The notes beneath the pieces were generated by a model. That model made no database searches. It was not told where the DNA came from and was given only the letters and a program-made list of their open reading frames with translations. Position numbers and translations under genes: made by a program. From positions 1 to 21,671 of the forward strand of contig JBGSTX010000033.1 of NCBI GenBank assembly GCA_041736305.1: 21,671 nt of DNA. Direction: 5' to 3'. Within the stretch, counting starts at the first letter, position 1; each line of letters starts with the position of its first letter. Of this stretch, positions 1-9,399 are shown piece by piece. The DNA is from Oligoflexus sp. (GTDB lineage: Bacteria; Bdellovibrionota_B; Oligoflexia; Oligoflexales; Oligoflexaceae).

Positions 1-103
1 TGACGCCGCGCTCTACGAGGCGAAACATAAAGGGCGTAATCAGGTATGCACCCACGACGGCGAGTCCATAGTTCCTAGCATACCTGTTCCGAAACCGCGC
101 TAG
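1..103 (+). CDS. 3' end of a GGDEF-domain (diguanylate cyclase) protein, partial
   Basis: Frame from base 2 reads DAALYEAKHKGRNQVCTHDGESIVPSIPVPKPR*, with TAG at 101-103. 'D.ALY.AK..GRN.V' is the canonical GGDEF C-terminal motif. The stop overlaps the stop of the convergent gene (CTAG at 100-103). Confidence 0.85.
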   Translation, partial: DAALYEAKHKGRNQVCTHDGESIVPSIPVPKPR

Positions 104-543
104 TCAGCCGGCGAGCGGCTCAGCCACTCATCAGCCAATTCTTCGAGCTTTAGATTATGGATCTGACCCTTCATCTGAAAGTTCACTCCTTCATACTGGT
201 GGTCAGACCAGTCTATCGGCAAAAAGAGTTCTTCATCCTCTTCCAAAAGAAATTCTTCAAAATAAGTATCGATATAGTTGATGAGAAAGAGAGCCGCTTC
301 GGCGCTTTTCATCTCTTCTTTCTCGTATAGGACACGGGCTTCGACTGGATAGTGAAAACTGCGCTCTGGGTTTTCCAGAGTGACTTTGACGAAGACTCCC
401 CTGCCTTTTATTTCTGCTTCGACCACAAAACGACGTTCGCCAAGAGCCATTCTATACTTGGTTTGCATAGCCGCAGCTAGTTCGTCGCAGGTCACTTTAT
501 CGATAAAATCTGAGCTATCTCGCTCGGTATTTTCTTCGGACAT
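100..543 (-). CDS. Acidic hypothetical protein (147 aa)
   Basis: Clean ORF. Its ATG overlaps the TAA of the upstream gene (TAATG at 541-545, minus strand), indicating translational coupling. Very E/D-rich; no motif recognised. Confidence 0.8.
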   Translation of the reverse strand: MSEENTERDSSDFIDKVTCDELAAAMQTKYRMALGERRFVVEAEIKGRGVFVKVTLENPERSFHYPVEARVLYEKEEMKSAEAALFLINYIDTYFEEFLLEEDEELFLPIDWSDHQYEGVNFQMKGQIHNLKLEELADEWLSRSPAD

Positions 544-2249
544 TAGATGCGCTCCTCATGGTGTTCGTCGCTCTTGGGGCGCGCCGGAAGAATGATAAGC
601 CCGTGCAGACCATCGTGAATTCCCTTGCTCACAAGCGTCATAACCTCCTCAATATGTGCGGGGTCACCGACGTACCAGCGGTCGAGTTCACTCAGGAGCC
701 CGTCGCGCCAGGCAGCTAGCAGTTGGGGGATATCCTCTTCGAGATTCACATAGCTTCCCTTCACACCGCTCGCCAGACTCTGGATCGCCGCTTCGCGAAG
801 GATGAGTTCGAAGGACTGATTGAGCGGCAATCCCGTGCGGGCGACACAGGCAAAGGTCCCAAGTATCACGGCGGCTGAGATTTCCAACTCGCGAAAGGCG
901 TCTAGACCAAAGATAGGTTGAAAGATGATGCGCGTAGCTGTCTTTTTATCGCCGGAGGCCGCGTTCTCTTCGAACGGAAACATAGGGAAGCGATTGAAAA
1001 GACCCTTGAGGATCTCGGTCGCTTCGAGGCCGATGCGTTCGAGCCACTGGCGCTCTAAGATAAGAAGCATCTTGCCCCACTGCCGACCATCGTAGGCCCG
1101 TGCCAGCTCTTTGGCACCGGGTAAGTCGAGGGCTTTAATCTTCTGCATCACGGCTGTCCGCAGCTCTTCGATGATACTGATGCCGACCTTGAAGAGGACT
1201 TTAGGCGCCTCGGCGCGCATGATCGTCACACCAGCAGCCACATCACCACCGGCTAATGATTCAAGACCCAAGCTAGCCAAAGCCCTACCCTGCTCGAGCA
1301 AGCGATGGAGGCCTTGGACATCGTCAGGCTCGACGCGTGCAGCGGCGCAAAGCGCGTTCGCAAGGTAGAGGAAGCCTTGATGCATGCGGAAGAGCTCGTC
1401 GATATCGACCCCTTGCTCACGGGCCGAGGCTAATACGACGTCAAGGAAGGAATAGCTTCTATCCCAAGCAACTGCGAGTCCCGACTGGCTACTACCTAGG
1501 CGTTGGCGCCAGGAGTCCTCTAGCTTCTGTCGATCGATGGGGGCAAAGAGTTCAAGACTTTCGTCGAAGCTGATGAAACCATCTTCTTCAAGGCGCGCTT
1601 TGCGGAACTGAGCGACCTGATCTTCGGCCTCGCTAGGTGGCACGTACGAGGCGTGACCGATCAGCGAGTAGGCATAGCGGGTATTATGCTCTTTGGCACT
1701 CTCAATCAGATTGACGAGGAACTCGTACTCTTCCTGATCCTCGCTCACTATTTCGTAGAAAACCTTGCCGCAGGGCATCGCGCGAACCCGGTCCGCGAGC
1801 TCTTCGGAAAGCTCATCGAACATGTCCGCTTCGAACACGCGAATTTTACCCTGCAGAGAGGCGAGCTGATATTCTTCGTCCAGTTCCGAGAAACGCCGAT
1901 AGAGTTCTTCGCTATCGACTTCGCCGAAGGGCTTGAGAAATTCAAAGAGTTTTTTCGGATCCAGACGCTCGTGGGACCAGGCTTCATAATCAACGAGTCG
2001 CACAACCTGCTCGTCGGTGAGGAGAGGCAGCACGTCTAGAGATTCTTCCATACCTTGGCGCTTCAAAGCATAGTAGAGGGGCTGCACAGGCAGCGAAGCG
2101 ATAATATCGGCTGCGTGAGGATCTTTCATAATGCCCTTGAGATCGACGCCGGTCAGAAGGCCTCCTGGCTGTCCAGGGTTCCAAGGCAAATTCTGGTGAC
2201 CTGCGTCGAGGCCCGCGACAAGGGCAAAGTCTGTCAAACGGTTATCCAT
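543..2249 (-). CDS. DUF6178-family protein (568 aa)
   Basis: GGAG RBS at 2258-2261 (minus). Segments 'EQVVRLVDYEAW..RLDPKK' and 'EAEDQVAQFRKARLEEDGFISFDESLELFAPID' resemble the deltaproteobacterial DUF6178 family as recalled. Confidence 0.7.
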   Translation of the reverse strand: MDNRLTDFALVAGLDAGHQNLPWNPGQPGGLLTGVDLKGIMKDPHAADIIASLPVQPLYYALKRQGMEESLDVLPLLTDEQVVRLVDYEAWSHERLDPKKLFEFLKPFGEVDSEELYRRFSELDEEYQLASLQGKIRVFEADMFDELSEELADRVRAMPCGKVFYEIVSEDQEEYEFLVNLIESAKEHNTRYAYSLIGHASYVPPSEAEDQVAQFRKARLEEDGFISFDESLELFAPIDRQKLEDSWRQRLGSSQSGLAVAWDRSYSFLDVVLASAREQGVDIDELFRMHQGFLYLANALCAAARVEPDDVQGLHRLLEQGRALASLGLESLAGGDVAAGVTIMRAEAPKVLFKVGISIIEELRTAVMQKIKALDLPGAKELARAYDGRQWGKMLLILERQWLERIGLEATEILKGLFNRFPMFPFEENAASGDKKTATRIIFQPIFGLDAFRELEISAAVILGTFACVARTGLPLNQSFELILREAAIQSLASGVKGSYVNLEEDIPQLLAAWRDGLLSELDRWYVGDPAHIEEVMTLVSKGIHDGLHGLIILPARPKSDEHHEERI

Positions 2250-2393
2250 GTAGGCGGCTCCAGGCTAAGTCAAAGTACCTTAACTACACCTCTTTAGCCT
2301 CCCTTGTCCAAAGGATTCTCTCGCGAATAAAGAGCTAAAAAACTGCTAAAAAAAGCACGAAAGACATATCTCTTACCCAAACTTCTTTTAAGT

Positions 2394-3170
2394 TTAAGTC
2401 TCGAACAGCCCACTTATTCTCAAAAGAAGATCTGGGAGCCATAAGAGCGCAGCCAAGCCCGAGGCCAGGAGGAGTTCGCCGACCCCCAGAAACTCTTCAG
2501 CCCGCAAAACAGCTGTTTCAACAGCGTTTAATTCCTCGAACCAAATTGTGATCAATAGTTCCTGACGCAATTCCTCTTGGGAAATGCCACTGACCCATTC
2601 CTCGTTTTTCAGGCTATTCAGGCCATGGGACCAGGGACCTTCGGAAGGGAGGTCAAACCAGGCATGTAAAAAGGCATGGAGCCAGCGATCATCGGCAAGA
2701 GGACGCGGCCAGGGAACTTGGGAGAGGCCCCAGCAGAGCAGGAACAAATATGCCAGAAGAGCCAGAAGGAGAAAGGGATTGAGTGGGAGGAGGCTGAGCC
2801 AGAACGTCTGCCTTAGTACGAGATGAACCACTAATGCGATGCCTAAGCAGAGAGCTGCATGAGTCAGAAAGAGGGAGAGGAAGCGCTCACTCTGCAGTCC
2901 ACGCCTTGCTACGTCATGAAAAAGCTCTCTGAGCTTTTCCAGCGCCTCAGGAGAACAGCGACCCGAAGCGAGCTGTTCTCTCATGCAGGTGTCGAGACTC
3001 TCTTCGCCACCTCCCTGCGGCGGATTCATTCCTAGCAGACCATAATTTCGCTCATGCAGGGCACGACGCAGAAGATCGATACGAGGCCTCAGGTCGCGTC
3101 TGCGATACTGGGCCCTCTGTGCGAGAAAAATCAGACTATGTAAAATGATGAGAAGTATAAGTCCATTCAT
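2394..3170 (-). CDS. Hypothetical integral membrane protein (258 aa)
   Basis: Hydrophobic segments at the N-terminus, centre (two) and C-terminus. Co-oriented with its neighbours. Confidence 0.7.
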   Translation of the reverse strand: MNGLILLIILHSLIFLAQRAQYRRRDLRPRIDLLRRALHERNYGLLGMNPPQGGGEESLDTCMREQLASGRCSPEALEKLRELFHDVARRGLQSERFLSLFLTHAALCLGIALVVHLVLRQTFWLSLLPLNPFLLLALLAYLFLLCWGLSQVPWPRPLADDRWLHAFLHAWFDLPSEGPWSHGLNSLKNEEWVSGISQEELRQELLITIWFEELNAVETAVLRAEEFLGVGELLLASGLAALLWLPDLLLRISGLFET

Positions 3171-3219
3171 GCCCCCATCTAAGCTTAAAGCTCATCTCGG
3201 GGCCAGAGACATGGGCAGC

Positions 3220-4245
3220 TTAGGCCATCATTCCCGTCAGCGAATTTCCGCGTTGCTGCCAACGCAGCATTTTGAGGGTAAAGGCATCATCTTCCACGCC
3301 CTTCTTCTCGAGAGGACGCGCTAGGTAGAGAAAAACGAGAAGGCTGCGCATCTCCTCAGCACCTAGCCGATAGCTGAGAGATTTCCACATACTGCAGAGG
3401 TCGATGTTTTGCTGCTGAACATTGCGAGGTAGCATATCAGGCAGGTAGGTGCACGGTTCGATTTGCATGCGCATCTGCGCAAGTTCCGTAACTTCCGCTA
3501 GACTCGCGCGGCACGCTTGAGATTGGCCCCGCCGACTTTTTTGAAGGACGGTGCTGACAAAAGGTAAGCCCGTAATAGAACGCCAGGTCTCAGCCAGGTC
3601 TATAGTGGTCCTGTATCCGCAACGTTTTTGCAGAGCTTCGTTTTCGATACGCAGTTCAAGATGCATCTCCGACTCGGCTGAGTTCTGACTGGAACTTCCA
3701 CTTTGCTGCATACGGCTCATGAATTCGTAAGCTTCATTACCGAAGATGAGTTTATAGAGAAGGCGGGACAGGGCACTCCATGCGGTAGAGCCATTGGCAA
3801 AGCGCATCAGCGGCAGGTTTTCACATTTGATTGGCGCTTCCAGCCGGCTTATCAGCGCTTGCGTTCCCTGCTTGAGGTTTTCAGTACGGCCCAGTTGAGC
3901 GCTGCGAAAGCTCTCTCGTAGGATCTGCACGCGTTCGTCGATGTATTCGCGCAGATAGACGCGCGAGTTGGAAATTCCCCAGTAGGCCAGAGAGCTTGGA
4001 CCATTGTGGGCTATGCCGAGGGGAAAGGCCATTTCGAAATCGGCGTTGCGGGCCAGACTTATCGATGAGCAGAAAGCATAGTGCAGCTCACCATGATCAA
4101 GTCGCCGATAAAGTCCGGAGCAGTCGTCTCTCTGTATACTAATTCGGGTGGCGTACTTCTCAAGCTCGACGATCTGCGGATGCGAACTCCAGTAGCTCTG
4201 ACAACCAATGAGAGTCTGGTCGGGACGGTCGCTCGAAATTTTCAT
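3220..4245 (-). CDS. Divergent MqnA/MqnD-family (chorismate dehydratase-like, substrate-binding-protein fold) protein
   Basis: Motifs 'LDHGELHYAFCSSISLAR', 'LGIAHNGP' and 'IDLAETWRSITGLPFV' match MqnA patterns (L..G.LD.A..SS.E..R; LGIA..GPV; DLG..W...TGLPFVFAVW). ATG overlaps the hemL stop (TGATG at 4243-4247). Confidence 0.65.
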   Translation of the reverse strand: MKISSDRPDQTLIGCQSYWSSHPQIVELEKYATRISIQRDDCSGLYRRLDHGELHYAFCSSISLARNADFEMAFPLGIAHNGPSSLAYWGISNSRVYLREYIDERVQILRESFRSAQLGRTENLKQGTQALISRLEAPIKCENLPLMRFANGSTAWSALSRLLYKLIFGNEAYEFMSRMQQSGSSSQNSAESEMHLELRIENEALQKRCGYRTTIDLAETWRSITGLPFVSTVLQKSRRGQSQACRASLAEVTELAQMRMQIEPCTYLPDMLPRNVQQQNIDLCSMWKSLSYRLGAEEMRSLLVFLYLARPLEKKGVEDDAFTLKMLRWQQRGNSLTGMMA

Positions 4246-5546
4246 CAGTAGTGGCTCAGGTTAGCAAATACATGATCAGCTGCGGTCAGGCTGCGCTGAA
4301 TATCGGCATCCGTATGAGCAAATGAGACAAATCCTGCCTCAAAAGCCGACGGTGCGAGATAAATACCCTGACTCAGCATACCGCGGAAGAAGCGCTTGAA
4401 GAGATCGATGCGCGCCTCGGCGGCTTCCTCGTAAGATGCAGGTAGTTCTGAAGCAAACATAAATCCGAACATTCCACCTTCGCTATCGACACTCAGCGCA
4501 ATGCCATGTCGAGCAGCCAGGTCTTTGAAACCTCGAACCAGACCTCTAGTACGCTGCGACAAATCTGTAAAGCTGTATTTTGTGCGCAAGAGTTCTAGGG
4601 TCTTGATTCCACAGGTAACTGCAATGGGATTTCCTGAGAGAGTTCCCGCTTGGTAAACGGGGCCACTGGGAGCAACTTTAGCCATAATATCGGCACGTCC
4701 ACCGTATCCACCGATGGGCATTCCACCGCCGATGACTTTGCCGAGAGTCGTGAGGTCGGGCTTGATTTTTTTGAGGCCTTGCACACCCCCGAGCCCCACC
4801 CGGAATCCTGTCATGACTTCATCGAAAATCAAGATGGCACCCGAGGCGGTACATAGCTCTCGGATGAGCTCGAGATAACCTTCTTGGGGCCTGATGAAGT
4901 TAGCATTGCCGACGATGGGTTCGATGATCACCGCCGCGATTTCCTTGCCTTCTCTGTGGAAGAGCTCTTTGAGTCCCGTACTGTCATTGAATCTCAGCGT
5001 GAGGGTATCTTTGGTCGAACCAAGGGGGACTCCTGGACTGCCCGGAATGCCGAGGGTAGCCACGCCTGATCCGGCTTTGACCAGGAGCATATCGGCGTGA
5101 CCATGATAACAGCCACTGAACTTGACGATTTTCTCACGACCCGTGAAACCTCGCGCTAAGCGTAGCGCCGCCATGCACGCTTCCGTTCCACTCGAGACCA
5201 GCCGCAGCATCTCGATGCTGGGCATGATTTCGCGGACTAGTTCTGTGATCTTTATTTCGAGAGCGGAAGGAGCGCCGAAGGAAAAGCCCCGCGGAAGAGC
5301 TTCTTGAACAGCTGCGAGGACTTCGGGATGAGCGTGCCCGAGGATCGCTGGCCCCCAGCTGCCGATGTAATCGACAAACTGATTACCGTCGACATCCCAC
5401 ATGTAGGCCCCCTGGGCCTTGTCGATGAACAGAGGGTGGGCATCAACCGATTTGAAAGCCCGCACCGGTGAATTCACACCGCCCGGAATTATTTCGCAAG
5501 CTTTCTCGTAGAGTTTCCGCGAACGTTCAAAAGACAATTTTTCCAT
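4245..5546 (-). CDS. hemL: Glutamate-1-semialdehyde 2,1-aminomutase
   Basis: IPGGVNSPVRAF, SGTEACM, KFSGCYHGHAD, FDEVMTGFR, TLGKVIGGG (PLP lysine), YQAGTLSGNP, APSAFEAGF. Confidence 0.97.
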   Translation of the reverse strand: MEKLSFERSRKLYEKACEIIPGGVNSPVRAFKSVDAHPLFIDKAQGAYMWDVDGNQFVDYIGSWGPAILGHAHPEVLAAVQEALPRGFSFGAPSALEIKITELVREIMPSIEMLRLVSSGTEACMAALRLARGFTGREKIVKFSGCYHGHADMLLVKAGSGVATLGIPGSPGVPLGSTKDTLTLRFNDSTGLKELFHREGKEIAAVIIEPIVGNANFIRPQEGYLELIRELCTASGAILIFDEVMTGFRVGLGGVQGLKKIKPDLTTLGKVIGGGMPIGGYGGRADIMAKVAPSGPVYQAGTLSGNPIAVTCGIKTLELLRTKYSFTDLSQRTRGLVRGFKDLAARHGIALSVDSEGGMFGFMFASELPASYEEAAEARIDLFKRFFRGMLSQGIYLAPSAFEAGFVSFAHTDADIQRSLTAADHVFANLSHY

Positions 5547-5576
5547 GAAGTAGGGCCTTTCTGTTCCAGGCTGCGA

Positions 5577-8500
5577 TCACCAAAGTTCGTCGTCTCGCAG
5601 ACCTGCATCCTCCTCGATCTTCTTGCCTGGTTCCACCTTTTTTTCGGCCCCTGAGGGAGGATTAGGAGGAATTTCGGGCCGGTTCGCCGTGGTATCTGCC
5701 ACGGGACTGGCTGCAACTGGCGTAGCGACTCCAGTTCCGGTCGGTGCATCGCTAGCGCCTGGCTGTGCAGCTGCATTCGGATTCGCCTGACTCGTGGCCC
5801 CTTCCATGACGGGCAATACAGGGATGCCAGCATCGGGCTGAGGCTCGCCCTGTTTATAGGGCTGACCTTCAATAATTTTCGGACCGAGCTGCTCACCATC
5901 TGAGCGCATGAAAGGTTGGAAGGCGCGTCTTGGAATCCGCGAGCCGCCGCTTACGACAGTCGCGAGATTGACAAACGAACGAACGCTAGCGCTGCGGGCG
6001 AATTCATTCTGGAATGTTTCGCCTTCTTTTTCGAAGTTGGTGAACTCAAAATTATCTGAATCACCGCTGTTCTGCATGACCAGTCCTTGCGGCAAATCCA
6101 CCGAGACCGGCGTCGAGCAAGGACTGTTGCGCAAAGGCCAGACCTGAGCGTTGGCAAGATTCGGGTCGTTGGGATCGAAGAATTTATCGAAGCCATTCTC
6201 TTTAATCAGCGATTTTGCGAAATCGGTCCAGACTGGTAGGGCACCATAGGCACCAGAGATCCGGAAGCCGCCGCGTCGCATACCTTTGTTGAAATCGTAA
6301 CCCACGTAAGAGGCGATGATGTTAGTGTGCAGCATCGGCTCCATCGGCTCATTGGGCTTGACGGGATAAGGAACAAAGCCGGCGAAGTAGGCCGTCGTGT
6401 AATCGTTGGTCGTACCGGTCTTACCGAAAGCAGGCACCCCGATGCGCTTGCCCGTCTCAGGGGTAGCTCCAGGATATTCCACGTAAAGTTCGCCACGAGC
6501 CCGCCGGCCGGTGCCATGCGTGACGACCTTGCGCAAGATCTCGCTCATCTGTGCCGCATAGCAGGAATCGACGAGCTGGAAGTCGCGACGCTTCGGTTCG
6601 TAGAGAAGTTTGCCATCGCGATCTTCAATGCGGCGAATGAAATTGAGCTGATTATCCGGTCCTTCATCGTAGAAGCGGTAGATCTTACCACTGGCGAAGG
6701 TCTGATAGACCTTTGCCACTTCAGCGACGCTGACGTCGTTGGTGCCTAGACCGAAAGAGAGGACTGGCTCCAACTTGGAGTAAACGCCCATGGCCCGCGA
6801 TAGATTGGAGAGATACTTCAAGCCAACGATGATGCGGAAGTCGTGGTGATTGAAATACTGATAGAGGGAATGCGGATCTTTCTGCGCCATCACCGATTGG
6901 TAAAGGTCCTCGATGTTTTGGGCGAGCTTATCGTAATAGCGAAGGGGCAGGAAACCACCGAGATTGACATCGTCCATGGACACGCCACCGCTGCCCCAGA
7001 TCGACTGAATATCAAGGGCATTCAGCGCTCGACCGGGAGGCGGGTCAATGATGACGGATTTAGTCTTTGGCCCCGGACGGAACTCTTCGCCGGGCAACTC
7101 TTTGACATAAGCTAGCGCAGGCCGTGAACCCGCGGCGTACAAGACGCGAAAACGCGAGATCCAGGACAGGGTGCTGCTGTCACTGAAAACAGATTCAGCG
7201 CCCGTGGCTGCGACTTTGTTAGCGATCATACGCCAGTCCTGACGAAGGTCTAGCGCCAGGGTCGAGAGTCTTTCCCAGTTTTTACGCGTTAGATCGAGGC
7301 GAAGATTCCGCTCGCGATCCGAGAAATCACTGTCTTCCATGCGGTAGAGCTGCTGCATTTCAGAGAGATAGCCGCGCCCCCACCACATCTTGCTGACTTC
7401 GCGGAGCAGCTCCAGACGCCCCGAGAAGACCAGGTCGGGTTTCAACTCTTCGATGGCACGTGCGAGCATGTACTCTTTCACACCGCTGTTATCGAGCTGG
7501 ACGCCGGTATCCTTAGCCACACGGTAGTGGTAGTCACGCGGTGCCTCGCCTTCGTTCGGCAAGAGGGTCATTGACCCGAGTAGCTCTTTGAACTCTTCGA
7601 AATTGAGCTTATCGAGCAGGTGCGCGGTCAGGTAGACCGTCGCTAAGTTCTCAGATTTGACTCCTGCCCAAAGGATCGAAACATCTTCGTAGGGGCTGCT
7701 GTGATCGGGTCGTGGGAAGTAATACTTGCCCTGGAAGGGGAAGAGGCGTCGCTCATTATCGATGCGATCGAGGATAGTCCAGCCGAGTTGCAGGCCCGCG
7801 AAGAAGACTACGGATTTGAAGACCGAACCTGGCTGCCGAACCGCGAAGACCGCACGGTTGAAGCCCTGAGAATCAAAGCCTGAGACCACCGAGCGCACTT
7901 CGCCCTGGTCGACGGAGATCAATCCGCCGTTGACCTGGGGACGTTTCTTGAGTTCAACGATCGCCTCATGCTTCTCCGCATCGTAGGAGAGAACTTCAAC
8001 GAAGACTACATCGCCCACTTTTATCTTATTGAGTAGATCGTTGAGATGCCATTGATACTCGCGGTAGGTTGGGATCGAGAGAACCTTGGCCGTGCGAATC
8101 AGACTTTCGGTGTCGATAATACCTTTGGGTAGCCCGAAATCGAGGTGGATTTTCGGCTCTTTGCCCTTCTCCACTTTGAGGACTTTTCCGTAGTAGTATT
8201 GGTTCTCTTCAACTTCACGGAGGGGCTTGAAGTTGGTCTTGGCCTCAGGCGTGTAGTCTTCGAGGATGAGCTCCAGACGGGAAAGGTTTCTGCGCATCAT
8301 GAGCTGGGCTTTGTCCTGGAGCTTCTGGTCGATAGTCGTATAGACTTTGAGCCCGGCGTTGTTCAGTTCATTGATGGATTCCATATTGAGGGCGTTGAGA
8401 ATTTCTTTTTTATCGAGTTGGCCGCGAATCAAGGTCACCAAGGCCACTTCGTTGCTACGGAACTTACCCTGGTTGAAGGGGACTTTTTCATTGAAAGCCT

Positions 8501-9296
8501 CTTTGAGCTTTTCTTCGCTAATCCAACCCTGTTCGTACATGCGCCGAAGGACGTAGTTCTTCCGCCAGTTCGCTTCTTTCCAGGCGTTTTCCTTACTGTC
8601 GCGCGTATACTTCACAAAGGGGTTATACTTGCTGGGAGCCTTCACCGAACCGGCGATGAAGCTACTCTCAATGAGATCGAGGTCTTTCACTTCTTTATTG
8701 AAATAATAACGGGCGGCGATGCCGATACCCTTACCGTTAGCGGTCACGTGAAACTGGTTGAGATAGAATTCGAGGATCTGCTGCTTCGAATACATCCTTT
8801 CCAGCTGGAAGGCTCGGATCAACTCTTTGATTTTCCGAGTAAAAGAGTGATCGCGGTGATCCATGATATTTTTCACGGTCTGTTGGGTGATCGACGACCC
8901 ACCTCGCTTGAAGCGAAATCCGTTCTGCACACCTTCGCTGAAAGCCAGGAATATCGCCACAGGATCGATGCCATAGTGCTGGAAGAAGTTCTTGTCTTCT
9001 GCCGCCACCATGGCTCGAACCATATCTTCCGGCACCTGGTCGATTGTCACGTAGCTTCGATGCGCTTCATCAAAAAAGCTACCGATCTTTTGCTGTTCAT
9101 CGAGAGTGTAGAGGGTCGTTTCTTCATTAATGCGGGCCATAATAGTCGACTTCTTCAGCTCGTCGACATCACCGAAATAAACTAGATAGCCTATGATCCC
9201 GGCAGTGGCTACGGCAGAGGCCATGCCGATCGCTGAAAGGCCTGCGGTCGCCCACAGCAACCATTTTTTCCAAGAATTCAAGAGTTCACCTCGCAA
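5577..9296 (-). CDS. mrcA: Class A penicillin-binding protein (PBP1A family), unusually long (1239 aa)
   Basis: N-terminal TM helix. Transglycosylase motifs EDKNFFQHYGID, GGSSITQQTVKN, RKIKE, KQQILEFYLN. Transpeptidase motifs SVFK (7815-7826), SEN (7647-7655), KTG (6414-6422). TTG start is uncertain. Confidence 0.9.
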   Translation of the reverse strand: MRGELLNSWKKWLLWATAGLSAIGMASAVATAGIIGYLVYFGDVDELKKSTIMARINEETTLYTLDEQQKIGSFFDEAHRSYVTIDQVPEDMVRAMVAAEDKNFFQHYGIDPVAIFLAFSEGVQNGFRFKRGGSSITQQTVKNIMDHRDHSFTRKIKELIRAFQLERMYSKQQILEFYLNQFHVTANGKGIGIAARYYFNKEVKDLDLIESSFIAGSVKAPSKYNPFVKYTRDSKENAWKEANWRKNYVLRRMYEQGWISEEKLKEAFNEKVPFNQGKFRSNEVALVTLIRGQLDKKEILNALNMESINELNNAGLKVYTTIDQKLQDKAQLMMRRNLSRLELILEDYTPEAKTNFKPLREVEENQYYYGKVLKVEKGKEPKIHLDFGLPKGIIDTESLIRTAKVLSIPTYREYQWHLNDLLNKIKVGDVVFVEVLSYDAEKHEAIVELKKRPQVNGGLISVDQGEVRSVVSGFDSQGFNRAVFAVRQPGSVFKSVVFFAGLQLGWTILDRIDNERRLFPFQGKYYFPRPDHSSPYEDVSILWAGVKSENLATVYLTAHLLDKLNFEEFKELLGSMTLLPNEGEAPRDYHYRVAKDTGVQLDNSGVKEYMLARAIEELKPDLVFSGRLELLREVSKMWWGRGYLSEMQQLYRMEDSDFSDRERNLRLDLTRKNWERLSTLALDLRQDWRMIANKVAATGAESVFSDSSTLSWISRFRVLYAAGSRPALAYVKELPGEEFRPGPKTKSVIIDPPPGRALNALDIQSIWGSGGVSMDDVNLGGFLPLRYYDKLAQNIEDLYQSVMAQKDPHSLYQYFNHHDFRIIVGLKYLSNLSRAMGVYSKLEPVLSFGLGTNDVSVAEVAKVYQTFASGKIYRFYDEGPDNQLNFIRRIEDRDGKLLYEPKRRDFQLVDSCYAAQMSEILRKVVTHGTGRRARGELYVEYPGATPETGKRIGVPAFGKTGTTNDYTTAYFAGFVPYPVKPNEPMEPMLHTNIIASYVGYDFNKGMRRGGFRISGAYGALPVWTDFAKSLIKENGFDKFFDPNDPNLANAQVWPLRNSPCSTPVSVDLPQGLVMQNSGDSDNFEFTNFEKEGETFQNEFARSASVRSFVNLATVVSGGSRIPRRAFQPFMRSDGEQLGPKIIEGQPYKQGEPQPDAGIPVLPVMEGATSQANPNAAAQPGASDAPTGTGVATPVAASPVADTTANRPEIPPNPPSGAEKKVEPGKKIEEDAGLRDDELW

Positions 9297-9371
9297 CGTA
9301 AACTAATAGTTCCAAATTATCTCGCGAAGTAGCTTTGAAGTCCACAGCTTCTCCGAGCCAGGCCCCATCGC

Positions 9372-9399
9372 TTGCGGCAATTCGTCTATGATATACTAT
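9372..9399 (+). promoter_or_regulatory. Putative sigma70 promoter for the HtrA-like gene
   Basis: TTGCGG at 9372-9377 with TACTAT at 9394-9399 (16-nt spacer), or extended -10 TGaTATACT at 9389-9397. It overlaps the ORF-finder ATG at 9388, which would favour ATG 9430 as the true start. Confidence 0.35.

Noticed and set aside
5489-5899. 136-aa - strand ORF across the PBP1A/hemL junction
   Set aside because: Alternative frame overlapping two well-supported genes.
6830-7620. Intein in PBP1A
   Set aside because: No intein splice-junction residues or LAGLIDADG motifs were recognised.
8145-9185. 346-aa + strand ORF
   Set aside because: Entirely antisense to the PBP1A transglycosylase region, with no recognisable motifs; a codon-bias shadow ORF.
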